This document shows, piece after piece, positions 34,504-42,162 of a stretch of 42,163 nt of DNA (position 1 is its first letter; each line of letters starts with the position of its first letter). The notes under the pieces were generated by a model, which saw nothing but the letters and a program-made list of their open reading frames with translations, did no database searches and was not told the origin of the DNA. The position numbers were made by a program, and so were the translations under genes. This stretch comes from a virus. Its lineage: Duplodnaviria; Caudoviricetes. The stretch is taken from the IMG/VR virus record IMGVR_UViG_3300032295_001565, positions 1-42,163 of that record, one strand, 5' to 3'.

Positions 34504-34546
34504 CTCAATTTAAGCCTTACGGGGCTAATGTATAGTGGATTTAATA

Positions 34547-36190
34547 CTAAACAGTTTCTAAACCATTTACATAGATCTTACCATAATAATCAGGACGGAT
34601 CATTTTCTTCGCGTAACGAGTCATCAAACCTTTACGTGGAGTAAATGTTGAAGGATCGTATAACAAAGGAGTCATGATTAATGGAACGTATGGAGCAAAT
34701 ACAGCACCGCATTCTAAGAACTGAGCACCTTTATAACCCATAAGGATTACGTTTTCAGTCATATAAGGGTTTTTGTATACTTTGTAGCGAGAGTTCAATG
34801 AACCCACTTTCTGAATACCAAAGTTAAACTCCATTTTTTCGCCATCACCATCTGAAGCGAATCCTGGGATTGACTCGATGATTGTAGCAATTGTAGGAGA
34901 AATAACCATGAAGTTAGCGCCACCTCTTAAAGTCAACTGGTGGATTTTATTAGATACTTTCTGTAGTTTAGTACCTAAAGTTTGGTACCAACCACCTTGA
35001 GTATTATAAAAAGCAGAAGCAGCAGTTGTGAATGATGTACCATTCCATACACTGTTGTTATTAGCTGACCAATAGTCTACTGTATAAGCGCTTTCAATTA
35101 ACATGTCTAAAATCTCAAGATCAATTTCCATAGAAATATATTGAGACAAGATACCTGTTAATTCAGCTTCAGCATCTACTGAATGATAAGCATTCAAATC
35201 TTGAGCAAATTCTGGAGTCCATTGAGCTTTTAACTTACGAGTTTTAGCAACAATAGCTTCTGATTTTAACTGAACGTTAATTTCAGGAATTGCAATTGGT
35301 TGATTTTGAGATAACTGAGAAGATGTTGCACTTCCAAAAGAATCTTCGAAATCACCACGAGCAGCTGGAGTTGTTGTTTTATTGTAAATCAAAGTAGCAG
35401 AACCTGTAGCTGAACCTGATTGGTTAGCTGGTAACAATGTAACAGAGTCTGAAGTAATGAATACTAAAGCACCAGTGCTACCACTGATAGCTGTAAATTG
35501 TTGGTAGATGTTTTGAGGAGTAATACCTAAAGCAGAATCAGTTGCTAATACAAATGATCTAACACCTAAAGCATCAAATGAACTAGAAACAGTGTTGAAT
35601 AAAGAACCAGAAACGATAATTTTCTTCAAGCTACCTGTAGCATAGTTTGTATCGAAATTAACATCAGCTGCTGTAACAGAAGCTGTTGTGAATAAAACAG
35701 ATGCAGAAGCATTGTTTAATGAGTAATTGAAACGACCAGCTTCGTATAATGAACCAGTAAGTTGAGTTACGTTAGTATCAGCAGCAGCACCGTATAAAGA
35801 TTCACCTGCTCTGTAAGGACCAACTGAAGTACCATACTTGAAATCTAGATAAAACACTAGACCAGAAGGTAAATTCATTGGTTGTACAGATACAAATTCT
35901 TTAGCAGCGATTTCACCGAATACACGACGAACTAAAGGTAAAGCTACACCAGCCCAGTTTTCTGCGTTATATCCAGCACCTGCTTGAGAGTTTGTACCCC
36001 CAGACACGTTACCTTCAGTAACCAACTGCTTTGCTTGGTTTTCAAGCAAAGTTGCCATGATGTTCTTGTCATTTTCGCCTTGGATACCTTCCAACAAACC
36101 TGACTTTGTCCATTTTCCAGCCAATTTTTTCGCATCATCGATCGTTACTTTGTATTGATTAGATGATTCTAATAATTGTTGAACATTCAT
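34547..36190 (-). CDS. gp23: Major capsid protein, copy 2 (T4 gp23-like)
   Basis: LLENQ, PLVRR, VQPM..PSGLVF, AKTRKLKA.W.PE.AQDL.A.H..DAEAEL, APYVPL, GLMTRY. Confidence 0.95.
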   Translation of the reverse strand: MNVQQLLESSNQYKVTIDDAKKLAGKWTKSGLLEGIQGENDKNIMATLLENQAKQLVTEGNVSGGTNSQAGAGYNAENWAGVALPLVRRVFGEIAAKEFVSVQPMNLPSGLVFYLDFKYGTSVGPYRAGESLYGAAADTNVTQLTGSLYEAGRFNYSLNNASASVLFTTASVTAADVNFDTNYATGSLKKIIVSGSLFNTVSSSFDALGVRSFVLATDSALGITPQNIYQQFTAISGSTGALVFITSDSVTLLPANQSGSATGSATLIYNKTTTPAARGDFEDSFGSATSSQLSQNQPIAIPEINVQLKSEAIVAKTRKLKAQWTPEFAQDLNAYHSVDAEAELTGILSQYISMEIDLEILDMLIESAYTVDYWSANNNSVWNGTSFTTAASAFYNTQGGWYQTLGTKLQKVSNKIHQLTLRGGANFMVISPTIATIIESIPGFASDGDGEKMEFNFGIQKVGSLNSRYKVYKNPYMTENVILMGYKGAQFLECGAVFAPYVPLIMTPLLYDPSTFTPRKGLMTRYAKKMIRPDYYGKIYVNGLETV

Positions 36191-36224
36191 TTTTTATGAA
36201 TTTAATTGTTTTGTTATTTTAAAT

Positions 36225-36258
36225 AATCAACCCCATAAGTTACCTTACAGGGTTGATT
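36225..36258 (-). promoter_or_regulatory. 15-bp GNRA-capped hairpin between the two capsid genes
   Basis: AATCAACCCTGTAAG-GTAA-CTTATGGGGTTGATT with two G-U pairs; no long U tract. Confidence 0.65.
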
Positions 36259-36268
36259 TTATTGTTTG

Positions 36269-37909
36269 TTAAACAGTTTCTAAACCGTTTACGTAGATCT
36301 TACCATAGTAATCAGGACGGATCATCTTCTTAGCGTAACGAGTCATCAAACCTTTTCTTGGTGTGAAAGTGTTTGGATCGTACAATAATGGAGTCATGAT
36401 CAATGGAACATATGGAGCAAATACAGCACCACACTCTAAGAACTGAGCACCTTTGTAACCCATTAAGATTACGTTCTCAGTCATGTAAGGGTTTTTGTAA
36501 ACCTTATAACGAGAATTTAATGAACCAACTTTTTGGATACCGAAGTTGAACTCCATTTTCTCACCATCACCATCAGAAGCAAATCCTGGGATTGATTCGA
36601 TAATTGTTGCGATTGTTGGAGAGATAACCATGAAATTAGCACCACCTCTTAAAGTTAACTGATGGATCTTGTTAGAAACTTTTTGTAACTTAGTTCCTAA
36701 TGTTTGATACCATCCACCTTGTGTGTTGTAGAAAGCATTAGCAGCAGTTGTTGTAAATGTTGTACCATTCCAAACACTGTTGTTGTTAGCTGACCAGTAG
36801 TCTACTGTGTAAGCACTTTCAATTAACATATCTAAGATTTCTAAGTCGATTTCCATAGAGATGTATTGAGATAAGATACCAGTTAATTCAGCTTCAGCAT
36901 CAACACTATGGTAAGCGTTTAAGTCTTGAGCGAATTCTGGAGTCCATTGTGCTTTCAATTTACGAGTCTTAGCAACGATTGCTTCAGATTTCAATTGAAC
37001 ATTGATTTCTGGAATAGCAATTGGTTGGTTTTGAGACAATTGAGAACTTGTAGCAGATCCGAAAGAATCTTCGAAATCACCACGAGCAGCTGGAGTAGTT
37101 ACTTTGTTATAAGTCAAAGTAGCAGAACCAGATGTAGAACCTACAGCACTCATTACTGGAGTACCTGAAGTAATGAATACTAAAGCATTATTACTACCGC
37201 TGATGATTGTGAATTGTTGTAAAATTGTAGCGTTAGTTAAGCCTGTTCCAGCTAATATAAATGATCTAACACCAAGAGTATCGAATGAACCAGATACTGA
37301 ATCGAATTGGTTACCGTTTGCAGAACCAGAAACGATTACTTTTTTCAAGCTACCTGTAGCATAAGCTGTATCGAAATTAACGTCAGCAGCTGTAACAGAA
37401 GCAGTAGTGAATTGAATAGAAGCAGTAGCATTATTCAAAGAATAACCAAAGTGACCAGCTTCATATAATGAACTAGTTAAGATAGTTACGTTTGTGTTAG
37501 GATCAGCACCATATAAAGATTCACCAGCAGTGAAAGATGATACAGTTGTACCATATTTGAAGTCTAGGTAAAATACAAGACCTGAAGGTAAGTTCATTGG
37601 TTGAACTGAAACGAATTCTTTAGCAGCGATTTCACCGAATACACGACGAACCAATGGTAAAGCAACTCCTGCCCAGTTTTCAGCGTTGTAACCAGCACCA
37701 GCTTGGCTGTTAGTTCCACCTGATACGTTACCTTCTGTAACTAATTGTTTTGCTTGGTTTTCAAGCAAGGTAGCCATGATATTCTTATCATTTTCACCTT
37801 TAATGCCTTCTAATAGACCAGATTTAGCCCATTTTCCAGACAATTTTTTAGCGTCATCCATTACAACTTTGTATTGGTTTGAGCTTTCTAATAATTGTGA
37901 TACGTTCAT
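36269..37909 (-). CDS. gp23: Major capsid protein, copy 1 (T4 gp23-like)
   Basis: Same gp23 motifs; directly follows the scaffold gene. Confidence 0.95.
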   Translation of the reverse strand: MNVSQLLESSNQYKVVMDDAKKLSGKWAKSGLLEGIKGENDKNIMATLLENQAKQLVTEGNVSGGTNSQAGAGYNAENWAGVALPLVRRVFGEIAAKEFVSVQPMNLPSGLVFYLDFKYGTTVSSFTAGESLYGADPNTNVTILTSSLYEAGHFGYSLNNATASIQFTTASVTAADVNFDTAYATGSLKKVIVSGSANGNQFDSVSGSFDTLGVRSFILAGTGLTNATILQQFTIISGSNNALVFITSGTPVMSAVGSTSGSATLTYNKVTTPAARGDFEDSFGSATSSQLSQNQPIAIPEINVQLKSEAIVAKTRKLKAQWTPEFAQDLNAYHSVDAEAELTGILSQYISMEIDLEILDMLIESAYTVDYWSANNNSVWNGTTFTTTAANAFYNTQGGWYQTLGTKLQKVSNKIHQLTLRGGANFMVISPTIATIIESIPGFASDGDGEKMEFNFGIQKVGSLNSRYKVYKNPYMTENVILMGYKGAQFLECGAVFAPYVPLIMTPLLYDPNTFTPRKGLMTRYAKKMIRPDYYGKIYVNGLETV

Positions 37910-37941
37910 TTTAAACGAATTTTGTTTTTGTTTTAATAATC

Positions 37942-39207
37942 TTATTTGATAATGTTTGCAAGTTTTTGCATACGAGCAATCACGTCATTTGATTCAACTA
38001 TAGTATTTGCACTATTTTTAGGTGCAACACCAGCAGCTTTAGAAGCAAATCCTAAAGATTCTTTAATTTGAGACTTCTTAGAAGCACCCAAATCAGAACT
38101 TTGAATAGATTCAAATAATTCTTTAGCTTGTTTTGGTGTAGTTGCTTTGTCGAATGAAGCAATTACTTTTAATTTTTGAGATTCAGATAAATTCTTAGCT
38201 TTGAAGATTTTATTAACGTACAATAATTTAGCATTTAATAAATTTTGCTCGTTTAACTCATTACGTAAAGCATTGATAGTTTCAATTGCTTCTTTCATTT
38301 CGTCTTTTTCTTCTTTAGCTTCTTCCATATCCATTCCTACTCCTTGTTTTGACATTGAAGTACGAACGTTTTGTAATTTAGAATACAATTCTGGATTCTT
38401 TTGTTTTAAAAGATCTTGAGCTTTCATAATAGCAGCGCCTGTTAATCCTAATCCTGCTACGCCAGCTAATGCTGTTAATACGTCAGCGATTGCAGATTCA
38501 TTTAAAGATTCAGTTTCTTCAACTTCATCTAAAGCATCTAGTTCAGCTAATAATTCTTCTAAATTTAAATCTTCATCTTCAGCTGGTTCTTCAGTACCCA
38601 TTTCTAAGCCCATTTCTTCTTCACTATCTACCATTTCAGCTTCTTCTTCTGCTGGAGTTTCGTACTCTTCAGCTTCTAATTCAGATGAGATGATGTCTTT
38701 GATGATGTCTTTTAATTGGTCTACTGTTAAATCAGTAATTTTGTCGCCTTCAGCTTCAATTTCTTCTTCAGCAGATTCTTCAGTTTCTTCTTCAGACTCT
38801 TCGTCTTCAGTTTCTTCTTCTTCACCAGCTTCTTCTTCTTCTTCAGCTTCTTTAATTTCTTCTTTTTCTTCTTCTTTTTCAGCATCTAATTCAGCTAAAA
38901 TTTCAGATAAATCGAAATCTTCTTCTAATTCTTCTTCGCCTTCTGACATTTGACTTGCGTCAATAGCTCTTTTTCTGATCATATCAGAATCATTGCGTTT
39001 GTCGTTAGCAGAGATGTAATCTACTTCTTCAAGTTCTTTTGCTTCTTCTTCTTCATTCTCCATTTCTTGCAATTTTGCAGAAATCATAGATTGAAGTTTT
39101 GGAGCAAGAGCTTCTTCAAGAGCAGCTTTTGCATTTACTAATGCAGCTTCGCGTACTTGTTTAGCGTCAGCAATAGCTTCCTTAAACAAATCTTTGTTTG
39201 TACTCAT
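37942..39207 (-). CDS. Prohead core scaffolding protein (gp22 position)
   Basis: Very acidic coiled-coil protein between protease and capsid; LFKEAIADAK.V, LNAKLLY.NK, RMQKLA.I. Confidence 0.85.
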   Translation of the reverse strand: MSTNKDLFKEAIADAKQVREAALVNAKAALEEALAPKLQSMISAKLQEMENEEEEAKELEEVDYISANDKRNDSDMIRKRAIDASQMSEGEEELEEDFDLSEILAELDAEKEEEKEEIKEAEEEEEAGEEEETEDEESEEETEESAEEEIEAEGDKITDLTVDQLKDIIKDIISSELEAEEYETPAEEEAEMVDSEEEMGLEMGTEEPAEDEDLNLEELLAELDALDEVEETESLNESAIADVLTALAGVAGLGLTGAAIMKAQDLLKQKNPELYSKLQNVRTSMSKQGVGMDMEEAKEEKDEMKEAIETINALRNELNEQNLLNAKLLYVNKIFKAKNLSESQKLKVIASFDKATTPKQAKELFESIQSSDLGASKKSQIKESLGFASKAAGVAPKNSANTIVESNDVIARMQKLANIIK

Positions 39208-39329
39208 GTTGTTTTCTCCTTAAATTTAATTTTGGAAATAAGATTATTAGATCAATCTTAATAGGTGGGTTTGTATAATACCAGAGTTGCAAAAAGATGG
39301 GCAACCCATTTTAGGTTACCCATAAATAT
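39208..39329 (-). promoter_or_regulatory. Scaffold leader: ATATTTAT motif, terminator-like hairpin, second stem, SD-like AAGGAG
   Basis: Motif 39329-39322; hairpin 39323-39297 then CTTTTT; TAAGATT/AATCTTA stem 39260-39239; AAGGAG 39221-39216. Confidence 0.55.
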
Positions 39330-39357
39330 ATGTAGATACGTTAAAACACGATCCTTT

Positions 39358-39966
39358 CTAGCAAAGAGGGCAAGCTCCCGTTGTAGTACAGATAATTTCT
39401 GTAATTAAACTATTAACTTTACTATAATCTTTATTTAATTGTGTTTGTTTTCCTTCAGATAATTTCATATAAGCGCCTGGAGTAGATGGTACTGATACCA
39501 AATCCCAACATAATAATTCAAAATCGTCTTGTACTTCAACTGTTTCACCAATTTGTTGTACAGAACCCATACCGCGTGATGATATACCTAATGGAATACC
39601 TGCTGATACAATTTCTTGAGCAATTTTACCTGCTGGTGTGTTTAGCAATTCTAATTCACCCATTAAATCATTACCTTCCCACCATATTTTTTTAATAGTA
39701 TGAGATACGTTATTTAAGTTAACGATTGATGATTCAGGATGATCTAATTCACCCATTGCTGTATTAGATGCTACTGGTCCCTCCGCATATTTTTTAGCTT
39801 CGCGAGCTAATACTTCTCTAGGATAAACACGACCATTACCGTTTTTTACTTCAGATTCTTGTAATTTACCTTTAATACGCATTCTTCCACCTGGTGCCAT
39901 TTTAGCCTCAGATAAGGTTAATTTAGCTATATGAAATGGTGTATGATCTATTAATAATTGTTTCAT
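39358..39966 (-). CDS. gp21: Prohead core protease (T4 gp21-like)
   Basis: KNGNGRVYP, GELDHP, VSH, GISSRGMGS, D.V..PS motifs. Confidence 0.95.
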   Translation of the reverse strand: MKQLLIDHTPFHIAKLTLSEAKMAPGGRMRIKGKLQESEVKNGNGRVYPREVLAREAKKYAEGPVASNTAMGELDHPESSIVNLNNVSHTIKKIWWEGNDLMGELELLNTPAGKIAQEIVSAGIPLGISSRGMGSVQQIGETVEVQDDFELLCWDLVSVPSTPGAYMKLSEGKQTQLNKDYSKVNSLITEIICTTTGACPLC

Positions 39967-39967
39967 A

Positions 39968-41047
39968 TTAGTATTCGTTTTCAGCGTCTAAGTTATCGCG
40001 TCCGTCGTACATTTCAGCTATTGCTTCACGTACCATTTCAGCTAATTTTGATTTAAATTTTTCAAATGAACCACCCATATTAACACCTGGTTTGAATGTA
40101 TCTTTAGGGGCTTCTAAACCATCAATATCAATAGTTGCGAAAAACATTCCTTTATTGTATAAAGCCTTAACTTTACCTTGTTCTTCTTTAAAATCAGCTA
40201 TTTTAATTTTTTCACCATCATATGCTACCACTTCATCACCTCTTTGAAATTCAACACCATCAACATTTGTAGCTTTGATTATTTTACCTTTACTATCCTT
40301 TACCATTTTGTATTTTTCAGGATCTGCAGGTAAATCTTTGAAGCGCATTTTTGCTTCTTCTACAGTTTCTTTAAGCTTTTTTTTTTCTTCAACCTTTTTA
40401 GGCGCTTTGACTTTTTTCATCTCTCTAGCCTTATCATTCAAGTTGCTATCTTTAACAAATTGCATTTGATGAGTTTCAGGTTTTGAAGCATCCATAGTCT
40501 CTACTTCATAATCTCTAATACCAGTTAACTTATAGTTAGTATAGTATAAAGGATTTTTCTTAATATTTTTCTTAACCAACTTTTCAACTTCATCATAAGG
40601 TAAATCAGGATGACATTCGTGTTCAATAGTAATACCTGTAGTTACTTCTTCTAAATTTTCATCTACTGCTATTGGCTCTTGATTTTCGTTTAATGTTTCG
40701 TCATATTGTGCTTTAACTGCTTCTTCACCAGCCATTTGATCTTCAAGTTGCTTTAATATAGCATCAAATTCAGCATCACTATCATTAGTTTCTTCACTAA
40801 CATTATCATATCCGTCAGTTCCTACTTTATTGTAGTTTTCATCTTGAGCGCCTTGAAAAAATACTTCTTCTTCTTCAGCCATTGCTGATTCAGTTATGAT
40901 ACCCTTATTTTTAAGGATTTTAACTGCATCACCAAATGATGTTGTATTAGTAACTTGAGGTATACTCATACGTAAGTTACGCATGAAATTGAATTGTGAC
41001 ATTCTGCCTTCTTGTAAATCGCGATATTGATTTGCTATACTTTTCAT
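39968..41047 (-). CDS. Acidic head-associated protein
   Basis: 359 aa before the protease; GI.IE.E...KN...NPLYYT segment reminiscent of DUF5661; several [LI].E candidate cleavage sites. Confidence 0.6.
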   Translation of the reverse strand: MKSIANQYRDLQEGRMSQFNFMRNLRMSIPQVTNTTSFGDAVKILKNKGIITESAMAEEEEVFFQGAQDENYNKVGTDGYDNVSEETNDSDAEFDAILKQLEDQMAGEEAVKAQYDETLNENQEPIAVDENLEEVTTGITIEHECHPDLPYDEVEKLVKKNIKKNPLYYTNYKLTGIRDYEVETMDASKPETHQMQFVKDSNLNDKAREMKKVKAPKKVEEKKKLKETVEEAKMRFKDLPADPEKYKMVKDSKGKIIKATNVDGVEFQRGDEVVAYDGEKIKIADFKEEQGKVKALYNKGMFFATIDIDGLEAPKDTFKPGVNMGGSFEKFKSKLAEMVREAIAEMYDGRDNLDAENEY

Positions 41048-41050
41048 ATT

Positions 41051-41182
41051 TTATCTTCCTTGACCACGATAAGCTTTTGGCTTAGGTGTGTGTTTATTAA
41101 ATGATTTTTGTCCAGAACCTGGTCCTTGTTTTCTTTTACCAAATGATACTTTTTGAGAGGATGTGGATTTTACTTTAGCCAT
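41051..41182 (-). CDS. 43-aa basic peptide ending YRGQGR
   Basis: Not in ORF track. MAKVKSTSSQKVSFGKRKQGPGSGQKSFNKHTPKPKAYRGQGR*; fills the gap between 41193 and 41047. Confidence 0.8.
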   Translation of the reverse strand: MAKVKSTSSQKVSFGKRKQGPGSGQKSFNKHTPKPKAYRGQGR

Positions 41183-41192
41183 TTTTTAATTT

Positions 41193-41429
41193 TTAAAAGT
41201 AAAACAACACAGCTCCTGATGATAATGAAGCACTAGTTATAAATAAAGGTACAGTAACACCTGAAGCAAAAGTTAAGTTATTTGCACCCGTTGCTAATGT
41301 AGTATTAGTTGCATCTTTTAATCCAGTAAAAGTAGCAGCTTGAGCTACTGTAAATCCTGAAAAAGAGCCAGTAACTGATCCTGATCCACTTATTAAATGT
41401 GCTGTTGGATTTGATGGTATGTTTGCCAT
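41193..41429 (-). CDS. Small beta-rich probable virion (decoration-like) protein
   Basis: 78 aa rich in Ser/Thr/Gly/Ala with SGS, TGS, SAS motifs and almost no charged residues. Confidence 0.6.
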   Translation of the reverse strand: MANIPSNPTAHLISGSGSVTGSFSGFTVAQAATFTGLKDATNTTLATGANNLTFASGVTVPLFITSASLSSGAVLFYF

Positions 41430-41977
41430 TATTGTTTTAGGTTATTTATTTTTGTATTTAAATGATTCATCATTTCAGCAATACTATGTACTGCTTTTTC
41501 TGTTCTACTCCAATATTGAGTACCATCACCTTCACTTAATTCTTGCTTCATACGAGTAGTATATTCCACAATACGATCAATTTCAGATAGTTTGCGTTTT
41601 ACTTCTCTCATTGCCTTATGTAATTGCTCAGCTTTGGTTCTAAATTTTACTTCTTTTTTAAATTGTTTATAAGTTGCCTCATTTAACAATTCTTCTTTGA
41701 TAATGTCTTGTAAGTTCATGTTCTCTTTATACATTTTATATTTTGGCTTTTCAGCTGATTTCCAAATAGCTTTATAGTCTTTAACTTTAGAATCACTAGG
41801 CATACCAGTTGGTGCTTTAGTATATCCTTGAGATACAGCGGTTTTAGTAGCTGCATTTGATTTTTGACCTTTTTTAGCAAAAGCAAATGGAGTTGAATAA
41901 CCAGGCACACCAGCAGTGGTAGATTCTTCCTCTAACACATCACGTACTAATTGCTTGATAAATTCTTTTATATCCAT
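41429..41977 (-). CDS. Head-region hypothetical protein
   Basis: 182 aa; EESTT..VPGY.TP.AF motif and a C-terminal helical domain. Confidence 0.7.
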   Translation of the reverse strand: MDIKEFIKQLVRDVLEEESTTAGVPGYSTPFAFAKKGQKSNAATKTAVSQGYTKAPTGMPSDSKVKDYKAIWKSAEKPKYKMYKENMNLQDIIKEELLNEATYKQFKKEVKFRTKAEQLHKAMREVKRKLSEIDRIVEYTTRMKQELSEGDGTQYWSRTEKAVHSIAEMMNHLNTKINNLKQ

Positions 41978-42162
41978 TATTTAATAGCTTTTAATTCAGC
42001 GATTAATTGATGATACTGTAAAAGAGAAATTACATTCTCATCTTTTACATTTTGATTTTTATCTAATGGATTTAATAACGTAATAACTTCAGTCAATTTA
42101 ATTTGAACTGTTCTATCAGCTACTAATGGTGTTAATTCAGTCAATGCTTTTTTAATTTGAGC
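41977..42162 (-). CDS. C-terminal end of a head-region protein (starts outside window)
   Basis: Open frame ...AQIKKALTEL...VQIKLTEV...LLQYHQLIAELKAIK*, TAATG-coupled to the next gene. Confidence 0.7.
   Translation of the reverse strand, partial: AQIKKALTELTPLVADRTVQIKLTEVITLLNPLDKNQNVKDENVISLLQYHQLIAELKAIK

Noticed and set aside
34411-34546. tRNA or known ncRNA in the GC-richer gap after the capsid genes
   Set aside because: No cloverleaf or T-loop; explained by terminator, promoter variant and short leader.
34547-37909. Capsid duplication as misassembly or pseudogene
   Set aside because: Synonymous differences throughout, both frames intact, distinct flanks; read-level confirmation is still desirable.
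7171-39329. Plus-strand T4-type TATAAATA promoters driving antisense genes
   Set aside because: No credible plus-strand genes follow; placement tracks minus-strand starts and terminators. Antisense RNA cannot be excluded without data.
10458-40469. Other plus-strand ORFs (e.g. 12870, 14372, 17033, 29815, 33717, 34338, 38690)
   Set aside because: All lie opposite well-supported minus-strand genes or signals and show no motifs.
41051-41182. Phage-encoded ribosomal protein bS21
   Set aside because: Basic and in the expected neighbourhood, but lacks the bS21 pattern (ALKRFK, F/Y.KPS).
28975-41910. Alternate-frame minus ORFs at 28975, 35944 and 41716
   Set aside because: Nested inside real genes with no recognisable protein features.
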